From Bigelowiella natans CCMP2755 (Eukaryota > Protista > Cercozoa): a stretch of 64,000 nt of DNA. The stretch's first letter is position 1. The number at the start of each line of letters is the position of its first letter. The notes under the pieces were generated by a model. That model was given only the letters and a program-made list of their open reading frames with translations. It searched no databases and was not told where the DNA came from. The DNA lies in assembly GCA_000320545.1 (NCBI GenBank), contig ADNK01001587.1, positions 54,925 through 118,924 on the forward strand, given 5' to 3'. Below are positions 63,840 to 64,000 of this stretch, piece after piece. A program made the translations under genes and the position numbers.

Positions 63840-64000
<161 letters not shown>

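Overview
Intron-rich nuclear DNA from a unicellular eukaryote. The standard code, GT-AG introns full of microsatellites and overall style suggest a rhizarian/chlorarachniophyte-like protist, but this is unverified. Hand splicing gives, in order: the 3' end of an unknown gene (+); a 20-exon class-III PLP aminotransferase (+); a TPT/SLC35E-family transporter (-) head-to-head with a zinc-ribbon/PhyH dioxygenase (+); a ~32-exon RECQ1-type helicase (-) head-to-head with a small LYR-motif protein (+); and a giant HERC-type HECT E3 ligase of roughly 7,000 aa (+) carrying LamG, Ubl, RCC1, UBA, SPRY and lectin modules. The most unusual signal is non-coding. All five long intergenic intervals are islands of decayed repeat/transposon DNA in which TpA is strongly depleted (survivors mostly CTAG-type) while CpG stays abundant. 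Paralogous repeat copies differ by TA versus TG/CA. This fits a repeat-targeted A-to-G hypermutation process, the mirror image of fungal RIP, though the mechanism is inference. Other observations: tandem duplications across splice sites (one giving candidate mutually exclusive exons), a GC-AG intron, an exonised short repeat, a TIR-bounded MITE, and complementary microsatellites at intron ends. All coordinates and counts were made by hand and may be off by a few bases.
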